From Peptidiphaga gingivicola (GTDB lineage: Bacteria > Actinomycetota > Actinomycetes > Actinomycetales > Actinomycetaceae): a stretch of 64,000 nucleotides of DNA. Each line of letters starts with the position of its first letter. Within the stretch, counting starts at the first letter, position 1. A model generated the notes under the pieces. That model was not told where the DNA came from and did no database searches. It saw only the letters and a list, made by a program, of their open reading frames with translations. A program made the position numbers and the translations under genes. Location of the stretch: positions 383,672 through 447,671 of the forward strand of contig NZ_LVZK01000003.1 of the NCBI RefSeq assembly GCF_001652275.1, in the 5' to 3' direction. Shown piece after piece: positions 1 to 7,872 of this stretch.

Positions 1-21
1 CGCGGGCCGAAGGACAAATCG

Positions 22-1002
22 ATGAGCGGTCCCCACGTTTTCAATGGAAAAGGAAGCGATTGCGCCGATATTCTCAACCCGTCACGGCGTACACGCAAGC
101 CACCACGACGGAGGCGTCGGTTCTCTACGAAGACGGCAGGAGATATGCGAGGAGCACGCAAGGAAGGGAAAGCCATGGAGAGGAACCGCTCTCAACCGGG
201 CCGGTCTGCCCGCCGCGCCCGCTTCGGAAGGGAGGCCAAGGAGGAGACGGACACCATGGCCACGGACACCGCGATCAAGGGCGCCTGGGCCGGGGCCAGC
301 GCGAGCACCGCATGGGCAAAGAGCAAAAGGGGCGAGGGAACGCGAACTGGGGTGAGAGCGGCGGCAAGGGCAGGGGCGGGAGTCGGCGCTCCGAGCCGGG
401 ACTGGGTTCCGCTGATCGACGCCGCCACGACGCGCGTGGTCCCTCTCGGCTTCATCTTTTACCTCTTGGCAACCACTCTCTACCTGTTCTATTGGGGGCA
501 GCCGCTCGGCGCGACGGAGATGTGGGCTCGGACGCTTTTGTGGAACGTGTGGCCCTGGCTGGGGCTCATGTGTCTGGCGTTGACGTGGGCGTGGGCAAGC
601 CGCAAGGATCCGCGGCAGACGTGGCTGCGCCGTCTGATGAACCGCGCTCCCTTGTTCGGGAAAAAGGCGGCGATCCTGGGCGCTGCCCTCGGCTTAATGT
701 TCTTGTTGCAGGCGGCCGCCAACGACGTCGAACTGGCGCTGGATCTGCAGGCGGGCCCGCGAGGCGAGACCGGCGTGGTGTGCACGGAGTTCAAGGAGTG
801 GCCCTCGTATAAGAACGGAGACGCCAAGACCACGTTCGTCCTGCGCCACGCGAACGGGCGGGACGAAACTTTCGAGTTCATATCTCGCCTGGGCGTGTGG
901 GACGACGGCCCTCGCGGGTCGATCAAACGGCTGTGTTCCTCGCAAGAGTCCTTCACCCTTTGGCGGTGGGCAAGAACCGGAGTCATCGCCGACGTCGAAT
1001 GA
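22..1002 (+). CDS. Hypothetical membrane protein. The C-terminal two thirds contains several hydrophobic helices; the N-terminal Arg-rich part is probably not translated.
   Basis: Long ORF. Internal Met codons at 175 and 256 precede the hydrophobic segments (LGFIFYLLATTLYLFYW, LGLMCLALTWAWA). No recognisable family. Confidence 0.4.
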   Translation: MSGPHVFNGKGSDCADILNPSRRTRKPPRRRRRFSTKTAGDMRGARKEGKAMERNRSQPGRSARRARFGREAKEETDTMATDTAIKGAWAGASASTAWAKSKRGEGTRTGVRAAARAGAGVGAPSRDWVPLIDAATTRVVPLGFIFYLLATTLYLFYWGQPLGATEMWARTLLWNVWPWLGLMCLALTWAWASRKDPRQTWLRRLMNRAPLFGKKAAILGAALGLMFLLQAAANDVELALDLQAGPRGETGVVCTEFKEWPSYKNGDAKTTFVLRHANGRDETFEFISRLGVWDDGPRGSIKRLCSSQESFTLWRWARTGVIADVE

Positions 1003-1039
1003 CGGGGCCAACGACGCTCGCCGGGTGCGCCGTTGCGCA

Positions 1040-1140
1040 TGAACTCGCCGACGCGCACGAAACCAGAAGCGCACACAAACCAGCCGTCGCACGAGTTCAG
1101 AATCGCGGACAAACTTGGAATCGCGGACGAACTCGGAATC
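1040..1140. repeat. Degenerate tandem repeats of about 18 bp (units GAATCGCGGACAAACTTG / GAATCGCGGACGAACTCG / GAATCGCACACGAAAAGC and CGCACGAAACCAG-like units) leading into the 100-bp direct repeat
   Basis: Read directly from the sequence at 1040-1160. Confidence 0.6.
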
Positions 1141-1235
1141 GCACACGAAAAGCACCTTGGCACCATATAAGGACCAGATTTTAGACCTTGCAATGCGCGG
1201 CGGCGTTTTTCATGTGAAAGCGAAGGCCGACGCCG
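1136..1235. repeat. 100-bp direct repeat, copy A. It matches 4349-4448 with 97 of 100 identities and flanks the three-gene island.
   Basis: GAATCGCACACGAAAAGCACCTTGGCACC(A/G)TATAAGGACCA(G/A)ATTTT(A/G)GACCTTGCAATGCGCGGCGGCGTTTTTCATGTGAAAGCGAAGGCCGACGCCG occurs at both sites. It contains an imperfect inverted repeat GCGGCGGCG...CGACGCCG. Confidence 0.9.
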
Positions 1236-1322
1236 AACCTTGCCACCCCGATGCTCTGTCGCAATAAAGCTCCCCTGAAATCTCGAAGGCCAACGTCGGT
1301 ATGGCCCAGATGTCGAGCAGTC

Positions 1323-3044
1323 CTACTTGAAGCGAAAACCGAAGAGCCCACCGTCTTCGCCTGCATCCGTCAACACGGGATCGATGGCGTAATCCCGTCG
1401 ATCAAACCCTTCGGCCTCAGCTGCCTGCAAACGATCCGAGTTGAGCGTGACGATGTACTGGAATCCCACGTCGTCTGCGAGGCGGGCTCCGATATTGAGA
1501 CAGGAGGCGACTTGCCTGTCGTCCATGGAGTCGAAGAGGAGGCTGTCGTGCACAAGGATGCGCGGAGCCCGACCGGCCTTGATGGCCATGACGAGGCAGA
1601 CGACGTCAAGCAGGAAGGTCTTCACTCCGCGAATGCCGGACGAGGCATCGCCATCGATCTCAGGAGTGACTTTGAGTACCCCCTTGTTTGCGTCAATGAG
1701 CAAGGAAACATCGCGATCGTCGTAGATCTCTTCGCCAAGCTGTTGGAACAGGGAGATCGCCTCTTCGATAAATTCTTCCCGTTCGGCCATCTCGGTTCGG
1801 ACGCTGGCCTCCGCTTCAGCCGTGATTGAACGCAGGCGTAGCCCGGCGTCGTTCACCGACTGCACGAGCTCCAGCCTTCGCTCCAGATCCGCGACGGTAG
1901 AATCGACCTCCGCAAGTTCCCTTTCCGCATTGCGAAAAGTCTCGAGTGCCATTGAGTCGTTTAGAAGGTTCATCACATCCGCTCGGCGGCGGTCCAAGGC
2001 CCTACGCTCGGCCTCAATCGCTTTGAGCCTGTCAAGGACGCTGACACGCTCCGATTCAAGGTACAACCGACGATTGCGCACTACGGACGAATGGAAGTCC
2101 GCCACCTCTTCGAATCGTCGCGCTACGACGTCGGGCAGGACGATGCCGATCTCTACATACATCGTCTCTAGCTGCTTGGCCATGTCGGCACTAGAAGCCG
2201 TCGGCCTCTCTTCTTGCATTGCCAATTCGAGGTCGCGTTTGCGTTGCTCCAGCACAAGACCCTCGTCATTGAGATCCCTGATCGCCTGGGTAAGACGGTC
2301 GGCTTCAGCCTGATGTTCGGCATACTGCTCGTCGACGCGGAATCCCGACAGTTTCGATTCGAGGCGCAACCGGCGCTGGCGCAATTTAGCCAGGCGTGCA
2401 CGAAGCTCCGGCTCATTCATCGAAACGTTTCCAAGAGCTCCCTCGGCAATCGCCTTCTTGAGCGCTTTGCGATTCTTCTCAAGGGCGGAAGCCTCACCCG
2501 CCTTGGCGAGAATTTCTGGCGTGAACCCTAAAAGGTATCCGATTCTAGCCCCCGACTCCCATGCCGATTCTGCAGCAAACGTCTTAAGCGGATCGCCAAA
2601 ATAATCCCTGACCAGCTGACTGACAAGCTGACCGACCGTGGGGCGATTCGCATCCGCAGGAAGCCGAAATAGTTGGCCAACGTCAAGCTTCCAAGCGTCG
2701 ATACTTGTCGAGACGCCGTCGACGCGCACTTTCGTTTGAGGTTTGACCGCGCGTTCGATTCGCTTGACATCAGCAACGCCTCTCGTCAGGTCGTCGACGG
2801 CGTTCTCCATCTCAAGATCGCCCCAGAAAGAGAAATGAGCCAGCTCGGCGGATTTGAGACTGTCATCGAGCTTTCCGCCTAGGAGATAGCGAAGGATGCG
2901 GACAAAGCTTGTCTTCCCGGCGCCGTTTCTACTATCACCCAGTTTTGAGCCCTGAGTTTTATCCGCGAGCAGTACATTCATGCCTTCGTGGAAGCGCAGC
3001 GTCTTAAATCGGCAATCGGAGGAACCGAGTTCATACAGAAACAT
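1323..3044 (-). CDS. SMC/ABC-type ATPase with a long central coiled-coil insert. Putative ATPase component of a three-gene defence-like module (Lamassu LmuB-like or ABC-3C ATPase-like).
   Basis: 573 aa. Walker A motif (NGAGKTS) near the N-terminus. Residues about 180-420 are heptad-rich and Arg/Glu/Leu-rich (coiled coil). Walker B/D-loop ILVHDSLLFDSMD near the C-terminus. The start codon overlaps the stop of the upstream 84-aa gene. Confidence 0.8.
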   Translation of the reverse strand: MFLYELGSSDCRFKTLRFHEGMNVLLADKTQGSKLGDSRNGAGKTSFVRILRYLLGGKLDDSLKSAELAHFSFWGDLEMENAVDDLTRGVADVKRIERAVKPQTKVRVDGVSTSIDAWKLDVGQLFRLPADANRPTVGQLVSQLVRDYFGDPLKTFAAESAWESGARIGYLLGFTPEILAKAGEASALEKNRKALKKAIAEGALGNVSMNEPELRARLAKLRQRRLRLESKLSGFRVDEQYAEHQAEADRLTQAIRDLNDEGLVLEQRKRDLELAMQEERPTASSADMAKQLETMYVEIGIVLPDVVARRFEEVADFHSSVVRNRRLYLESERVSVLDRLKAIEAERRALDRRRADVMNLLNDSMALETFRNAERELAEVDSTVADLERRLELVQSVNDAGLRLRSITAEAEASVRTEMAEREEFIEEAISLFQQLGEEIYDDRDVSLLIDANKGVLKVTPEIDGDASSGIRGVKTFLLDVVCLVMAIKAGRAPRILVHDSLLFDSMDDRQVASCLNIGARLADDVGFQYIVTLNSDRLQAAEAEGFDRRDYAIDPVLTDAGEDGGLFGFRFK

Positions 3045-3285
3045 GGTGCCTCACCAACTGATCGGAGGCATTCCATGCGACGGCCCCGATGGCGAATAAC
3101 ATCGACAAAGCCATGGCAAACCAGTCGAAGGTGATGGCGCCTCCGGCATGTCCCGATCTCGTTTCTCGTGAGAATCGTTCCCAAAGCCCCGATACGGTGG
3201 TCGGCGAATCCAGCAGAGACAGAAGCTTCGCCCCCAGCGTCAGCAAAGCACGTTCGGGGCGTATCCCCTTAGTCGGAAGCAACAT
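3031..3285 (-). CDS. Small 84-aa protein, the middle gene of the three-gene module. Start and stop overlap both neighbouring genes.
   Basis: ORF positioned exactly between the two larger genes, with a 17-nt overlap upstream and a 14-nt overlap downstream. Hydrophobic C-terminal half (FDWFAMALSMLFAIGAVAW). Confidence 0.55.
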   Translation of the reverse strand: MLLPTKGIRPERALLTLGAKLLSLLDSPTTVSGLWERFSRETRSGHAGGAITFDWFAMALSMLFAIGAVAWNASDQLVRHHVSV

Positions 3286-4234
3286 CGCCAGTTTCTCCTA
3301 TAGAAAAGTCCGCGGGAGGCTCTTCGAAGATGTCACATGAATCGAAAAAGTATACGGTAACGGCGTAAACTGCGTTGGCGCGTTTCGTCCACATGTCGAA
3401 GTCTGGTCCGCCCAGAGCGACGTATACGCGCCGCACAATCTCACGCACATCGGACGTCACCCGACGTGCTTCCTCATAAATCTGACGAAAACGTCGAGCC
3501 TTCGCATCGCGAAGACCAGGATCGGGCTGCCCGGCGAACCACTTGTCAATACGTAGGGACAGAAGCCTCCCCTCATCAAACTCAGTCCTCGTCGTCCTCG
3601 GGAGCCTGTTGAAGTCCATCTTAGTTGAAGAGACAGGTCTGATGTCTTCGAGAAGGTGATCAACATCGCCACCCTCGACCCCTTCAAGCATTTCAATGAG
3701 CTCAACCAAATCGTCAAGCTCCACATTCTGCGCGTGCGGGGAACCCGGTATGATTTCATCCAGCTGATCCCAAGCTAGTTTACTCACGGCCTCCCACCAC
3801 AGATCGTCCGGAGCTTTCCAAAGCTCGAGAGCTATCGGACGTTTGGAGTCTGGACCGTGCTTCTTCCGCAACTTAAGCAGACTGTCAGTTGAGGCAGGGC
3901 CAAAAGACGCATTCGTCACAAACCGCCACACCCTGAACTCCGGCCAAAAGGCGTAAGCTCTAGCGAAGTCATCTTCCAGCTTCTTTTTGGTCTTCTGGTC
4001 GAGATTTGTTACTGCACGTTGTCCGTAGCAGGCGTAAAGGATGGACCCGTTTTCGGCGATTCCGTCACAGCCGCCGTCCCCGAGGCTGCCCATGGCCTCT
4101 GGATTGACGTAGTCTTTGTGCAGATGGGAGAGCACCTTGCTCACGTAGTTCTCAAACTCTTCGCCGGCGGCAAGGCACAGCTGATCGTGTCGCGCTCGAA
4201 ACCAGAACTTCCAAGCCGAATCGGGCAATGCCAT
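3269..4234 (-). CDS. Protein with an N-terminal Mrr-like restriction-endonuclease-fold motif. Putative effector of the three-gene module.
   Basis: 321 aa. GDGGCDGIAENGSILYACYGQ resembles the Mrr catalytic-core signature GDGGIDG...(V/I)QxK, but no Lys follows the Gln. First gene of the operon, with lower GC than the flanking DNA. Confidence 0.7.
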   Translation of the reverse strand: MALPDSAWKFWFRARHDQLCLAAGEEFENYVSKVLSHLHKDYVNPEAMGSLGDGGCDGIAENGSILYACYGQRAVTNLDQKTKKKLEDDFARAYAFWPEFRVWRFVTNASFGPASTDSLLKLRKKHGPDSKRPIALELWKAPDDLWWEAVSKLAWDQLDEIIPGSPHAQNVELDDLVELIEMLEGVEGGDVDHLLEDIRPVSSTKMDFNRLPRTTRTEFDEGRLLSLRIDKWFAGQPDPGLRDAKARRFRQIYEEARRVTSDVREIVRRVYVALGGPDFDMWTKRANAVYAVTVYFFDSCDIFEEPPADFSIGETGDVASD

Positions 4235-4348
4235 GACTCTCCTCCCTTCGATGACAGGTGTTCGACGCTCGAAGAATGACGCATCTGCGCCGAATCTGTT
4301 ACTGTTAAAATTTTACCCTACCAGGAGGCTTTCGAAGTAGTCGGCGTT

Positions 4349-4448
4349 GAATCGCACACGAAAAGCACCTTGGCACCGTATAAGGACCAAATTTTGGACC
4401 TTGCAATGCGCGGCGGCGTTTTTCATGTGAAAGCGAAGGCCGACGCCG
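4349..4448. repeat. 100-bp direct repeat, copy B (partner of 1136-1235)
   Basis: 97 of 100 identical to copy A. Lies 115 bp upstream of the operon start and about 195 bp from the tRNA-His 3' end. Confidence 0.9.
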
Positions 4449-4642
4449 CGCTTCACCAAGCAGCGACAAAGGACGCCGTCGCGTTTCGCTATGCAGCAAC
4501 GAAAGTCAATGCCAAGCTTTGCCATGCAAAATAGGGGTAGGAGCCGAGCCACAACGGAAGACCGGGCGATTATGCAATCGAGAATCTCGCATTCAGCCAG
4601 AAATCTCAGCCCAACTGACTTGGGGGGAATGCCCGACCGACG

Positions 4643-4719
4643 TGGGGTGGATGACGGGGCTCGAACCCGCGACCCCCTGGACCACAACCAGGTGCTCTAC
4701 CGACTGAGCTACAACCACC
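4643..4719 (-). tRNA. tRNA-His (anticodon GTG) with encoded G-1 and 3' CCA
   Basis: Reverse complement folds as a cloverleaf. GTGGTTG acceptor with G-1:C73, D-arm GCTCAGTCGGTAGAGC, anticodon loop TTGTGGT, T-arm GCGGGTTCGAGCCCCGT, CCA encoded. One U-U mismatch in the acceptor stem. Confidence 0.85.
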
Positions 4720-4861
4720 GTACGTGCCCCAGGCAGGGTCGCTCGCCTGGGGCACTGTTCAAGTGTAGCCTAGCTTCTGCGTCGTGACGAAACGCCCCCG
4801 GGTGATCCGCACCACCGCAGCGCAACAAACTGTCCGACGACGGCGCCGCGCTTCACGTCGC

Positions 4862-4925
4862 TCGAGAGCCGCTCCACCTCGCACGAGAGCCGCTCCACCT
4901 CGCACGAGAGCCGCTTCTTCGCGTC
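4862..4925. repeat. Tandem repeat, about 21 bp x3 (CGCACGAGAGCCGCTCCACCT)
   Basis: Visible in the sequence between tRNA-His and the ATP-grasp gene. Confidence 0.6.
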
Positions 4926-4954
4926 TCACGAGGGCGATGCGCTGGCATGCACCG

Positions 4955-5878
4955 TCACCAATGCACGCGCATGGCTATGGCGTCGGCGAACTTCTTCAGA
5001 TGCGTGGGGTTCTGCGAAAGGTAGAGCGATCCGTCGATGAGGGAGACCTCGAGGACGTAGAACTCGTGGGCGTCTTTGGGGCCGCCGCGGACGATGTCGA
5101 CGCGGTTGTACAGGAGCAGCTCGTCGCGGCCACACGTATCGACGATGTATCCGTGCACGATCTCGCGAATCTGCTCGCCCCAACGCCACTCCTGGGAGTT
5201 GGTCGCGTCCGAGCGGACCACTTCCTCGTGGAACTCCTCGGTGGAGCGGAAGCTGGGGTGCAGCATCGGATCCTTCTCGACCTGGTACGAAGCTAGTCCG
5301 TTGAGGTAGATGAGCGAGGTCTCCCCCGATCGGTCGATCTGGTCGAGGTAGCGCTGCACCATGACGGGGCGGCCGTTTTCGAGCTCGCTCATCGCATGGC
5401 GTATGGCCTCGCCGCGGGAGTTCGGGTCGATCGCCGTATACCTCCCGGTCCCGCGCCCGCCCGAGGAAATGGCCGGCTTGACCACGAAATCCCCGTACGC
5501 GGGGAACCGAGTGTGCAGCTGATGCTTCGTCAGATTCTGCTCGGGCTCGAGCCACACCGTCGGAATGACCGGCAGACCGCGGGCCTCCAGCTCGCGCAGG
5601 TAGTGCTTGTCCGAATTCCAGTCCATGACCTGCGCCTGGTTGAGGATCCGCGGAATAGAACGCGCCCAGGCGCGGAACTCCTCGCGCTGGGCCGCATAAT
5701 CGCGCACGGAGCGGACGACCACGGTTCCCGCCTGCGACCAGTCGACGTCGGGGTCGTTCCACACGGAGATCCTCGGTTCGAGCCCGCGCTCCCGCAGGGC
5801 GTCGGGAAGGCCCTGCTCGTCGGCGTCAAGGTCTGGCAATTCGGCGCACGTTGCCAAGGTCACGATCGGATCAGACAC
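4955..5878 (-). CDS. ATP-grasp fold protein (RimK/glutathione-synthetase-like)
   Basis: 307 aa. Central Gly-rich motif (VVKPAISSGGRGTGRYTAI) in an ATP-grasp-like layout. High-GC codon usage. Confidence 0.65.
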   Translation of the reverse strand: MSDPIVTLATCAELPDLDADEQGLPDALRERGLEPRISVWNDPDVDWSQAGTVVVRSVRDYAAQREEFRAWARSIPRILNQAQVMDWNSDKHYLRELEARGLPVIPTVWLEPEQNLTKHQLHTRFPAYGDFVVKPAISSGGRGTGRYTAIDPNSRGEAIRHAMSELENGRPVMVQRYLDQIDRSGETSLIYLNGLASYQVEKDPMLHPSFRSTEEFHEEVVRSDATNSQEWRWGEQIREIVHGYIVDTCGRDELLLYNRVDIVRGGPKDAHEFYVLEVSLIDGSLYLSQNPTHLKKFADAIAMRVHW

Positions 5879-6127
5879 GCAGCCAACTTTACCCGATGGC
5901 GATTGCGCGGATCACGCCCAAGCTCAAGTCAATCAAATGCGAACTCGGGCGAAACCCGTACGAATTCGGCCCAATCGCATACACGGCATCCGAAACGCGT
6001 GCCCAAGCGGCCCCGAGGGCTGCGACGCCTCGGGGCCGGGCCGCATCGCGGGCCGCACTTCGTCGCATCCGACGTCGTCCCGGAAAACGAAAAGCCCCGC
6101 AGCCTTGCGGCCGCGGAGCCCTGTTCG

Positions 6128-6200
<73 letters not shown>

Positions 6201-6355
6201 TTGCAAAGCTAGATTACTCAGGCGCCCGCCGCCGCGCAAGCCGGCCTCGTGTGATCTAGCTCCACCGCGCCGCCCTGAGGCGGCCTTGGCCGCAGACGAA
6301 GAGTCCGTGACGCCGTTGACTCAATATGCCCGTCCGCCCGGCTGCCTGAATGCCT

Positions 6356-6442
6356 CTCGCCCAGACCCGCACGGCACCCCTCGCCACTCTTGCTGGGGCT
6401 GACGTTCCGTCGTCCTCTCGCCCAGACCCGCACGGCACCCCT
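6356..6442. repeat. Two 27-bp direct repeats (CTCGCCCAGACCCGCACGGCACCCCTC) spaced 60 bp apart, upstream of a TetR gene
   Basis: Exact duplicates at 6356-6382 and 6416-6442. Confidence 0.8.
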
Positions 6443-6482
6443 CCTCACCTCCTTTCTCAGTTCGCCTTCTGTACCAACCACT

Positions 6483-7064
6483 ATGTACAATCTTGGCATG
6501 GACACACGAACCCGGCTGGTGAACGTCGCGCAAGACCTCCTGTGGGAGCGCGGGTACGCAGCGACCAGCTCCAAAGAAATCCTCAACCGCGCCAACGTGG
6601 GCCAGGGAAGCATGTACCACCACTTCTCGGGCAAGCGAGACCTGGCTGCCGCGGCCTTGGAACAGAGCGCCGCGGCGATGCGCGCCGAGGCAGAGGCCCT
6701 TCTGGCCGCAGACGGAACGTCCGTCGAGCGCGTGATCTCCTACCTCGAACGGCAGCGAGACTCGCTGCGGGGCTGCCGCATGGGACGTATGACGTACGAC
6801 GCCGACGTGCTGGCAACCCCGGAGCTTCTCCGCCCGGTCGCCGAGACTCTCGGGTGGATCGTAGGCGCTCTCGCCGACGTCGTCCGCCAGGGGATCGAAG
6901 CCAGGGAATTCCGGCACGAGACAGATCCCGAGCAACTCGCCTCGATGGTCGTCGCGACCGTCCAAGGCGGATATGTGCTCGCGCGAGCCCAGCAGAATCC
7001 AGCGGCCTTCGACGCCGCAGTCGCCGGCGCGGCGTCGCTCATACGCCAACAGGCCGGCGGCTGA
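6483..7064 (+). CDS. TetR/AcrR family transcriptional regulator
   Basis: N-terminal helix-turn-helix TRLVNVAQDLLWERGYAATSSKEILNRANVGQGSMYHHF. Start at Met 6483 (or 6498) within ORF 6390..7064. Confidence 0.75.
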   Translation: MYNLGMDTRTRLVNVAQDLLWERGYAATSSKEILNRANVGQGSMYHHFSGKRDLAAAALEQSAAAMRAEAEALLAADGTSVERVISYLERQRDSLRGCRMGRMTYDADVLATPELLRPVAETLGWIVGALADVVRQGIEAREFRHETDPEQLASMVVATVQGGYVLARAQQNPAAFDAAVAGAASLIRQQAGG

Positions 7065-7134
7065 GCCTCGGGCGCCGCCTCGCCGGCGTCGGCTCGCAAT
7101 TGACCGAAACACAAGCAACGAAGGAACAGAACCG

Positions 7135-7692
7135 ATGTATGCAATGCAATACCAGATCGCTTTGCCCGCCGACTACGACATGGACGTCATTCGCAAGAGG
7201 GTCCGAGCGACGGGCCGTCTCATGGACGGGTTTCCCGGACTGGAGTTCAAGGCTTACCTCGTACAAGAAAAGGCCGAGGGCGCGCCGCGGAACGCCTACG
7301 CCCCCTTTTATGTGTGGCGAGACACCGCCGGCATGCGCAGTTTCTGCTGGGGCGAGCCCGGCTACTCGTCGATCGTCCGGGACTTCGGGCGCCATTCCAT
7401 TCAAGACTGGACCGTGCACAAGATCGCTCGCGGCCCGTCTTCCTACGCGAGCGCACGCAGCCTGTCCTTTCAGACCGTTTCGCTTCCGGACGACGTCGCC
7501 CCCTCCGCCTGCGTCGAAAACCTCTCGGCCCCATTCCTCTCGGAAGAGGACGGCGAGACCGTCGCACGAGTCGCCGCCGTCGACGTGACCGCATGGAACC
7601 TCGTCTTGGTCGAGCTGAGCGCCGCACACGCCGAACAGAGCGCCGCAGGCCGGACCGTCTACGAAGTCCTTCACGTCTCGGAAGGCTCGTGA
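7135..7692 (+). CDS. Hypothetical 185-aa protein
   Basis: ATG at 7135 preceded by an AAGGA ribosome-binding site 9 nt upstream. Followed by a perfect hairpin terminator. Confidence 0.7.
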   Translation: MYAMQYQIALPADYDMDVIRKRVRATGRLMDGFPGLEFKAYLVQEKAEGAPRNAYAPFYVWRDTAGMRSFCWGEPGYSSIVRDFGRHSIQDWTVHKIARGPSSYASARSLSFQTVSLPDDVAPSACVENLSAPFLSEEDGETVARVAAVDVTAWNLVLVELSAAHAEQSAAGRTVYEVLHVSEGS

Positions 7693-7723
7693 CCGAACAA
7701 GGTCCGAAGAAAATCGAAAGGCC

Positions 7724-7750
7724 CGCAGTCTTTCGACTGCGGGCCTGACC
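7724..7750. terminator. Bidirectional hairpin terminator GGCCCGCAGTC-TTTC-GACTGCGGGCC
   Basis: Perfect 11-bp stem, between convergent gene 7135..7692 (+) and tRNA-Lys (-). Confidence 0.7.
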
Positions 7751-7752
7751 CG

Positions 7753-7824
7753 TACACCGCCTGGGACTCGAACCCAGAACCCACTGATTAAGAGTCAGTT
7801 GCTCTACCATTGAGCTAGCGGTGC
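7753..7824 (-). tRNA. tRNA-Lys (anticodon CTT), copy 2
   Basis: Same cloverleaf as copy 1, with differences in the acceptor stem (GCACCGC) and D-loop (AATGGTA). Confidence 0.85.
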
Positions 7825-7872
7825 GGATTCCAACTTTACCCGCCGATCGCGGCGCAGGCAAACGCCGATCCC

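Noticed and set aside
60-812. Alternate-frame ORFs overlapping the first CDS (60..812, 44..355, 489..1193 and others)
   Set aside because: Arg/Pro/Gly-rich junk composition typical of off-frame ORFs in high-GC DNA.
6350-7588. 412-aa ORF spanning the TetR gene and the 185-aa gene in another frame
   Set aside because: Extreme Arg/Pro composition, and it overlaps two well-supported genes. High-GC artefact.
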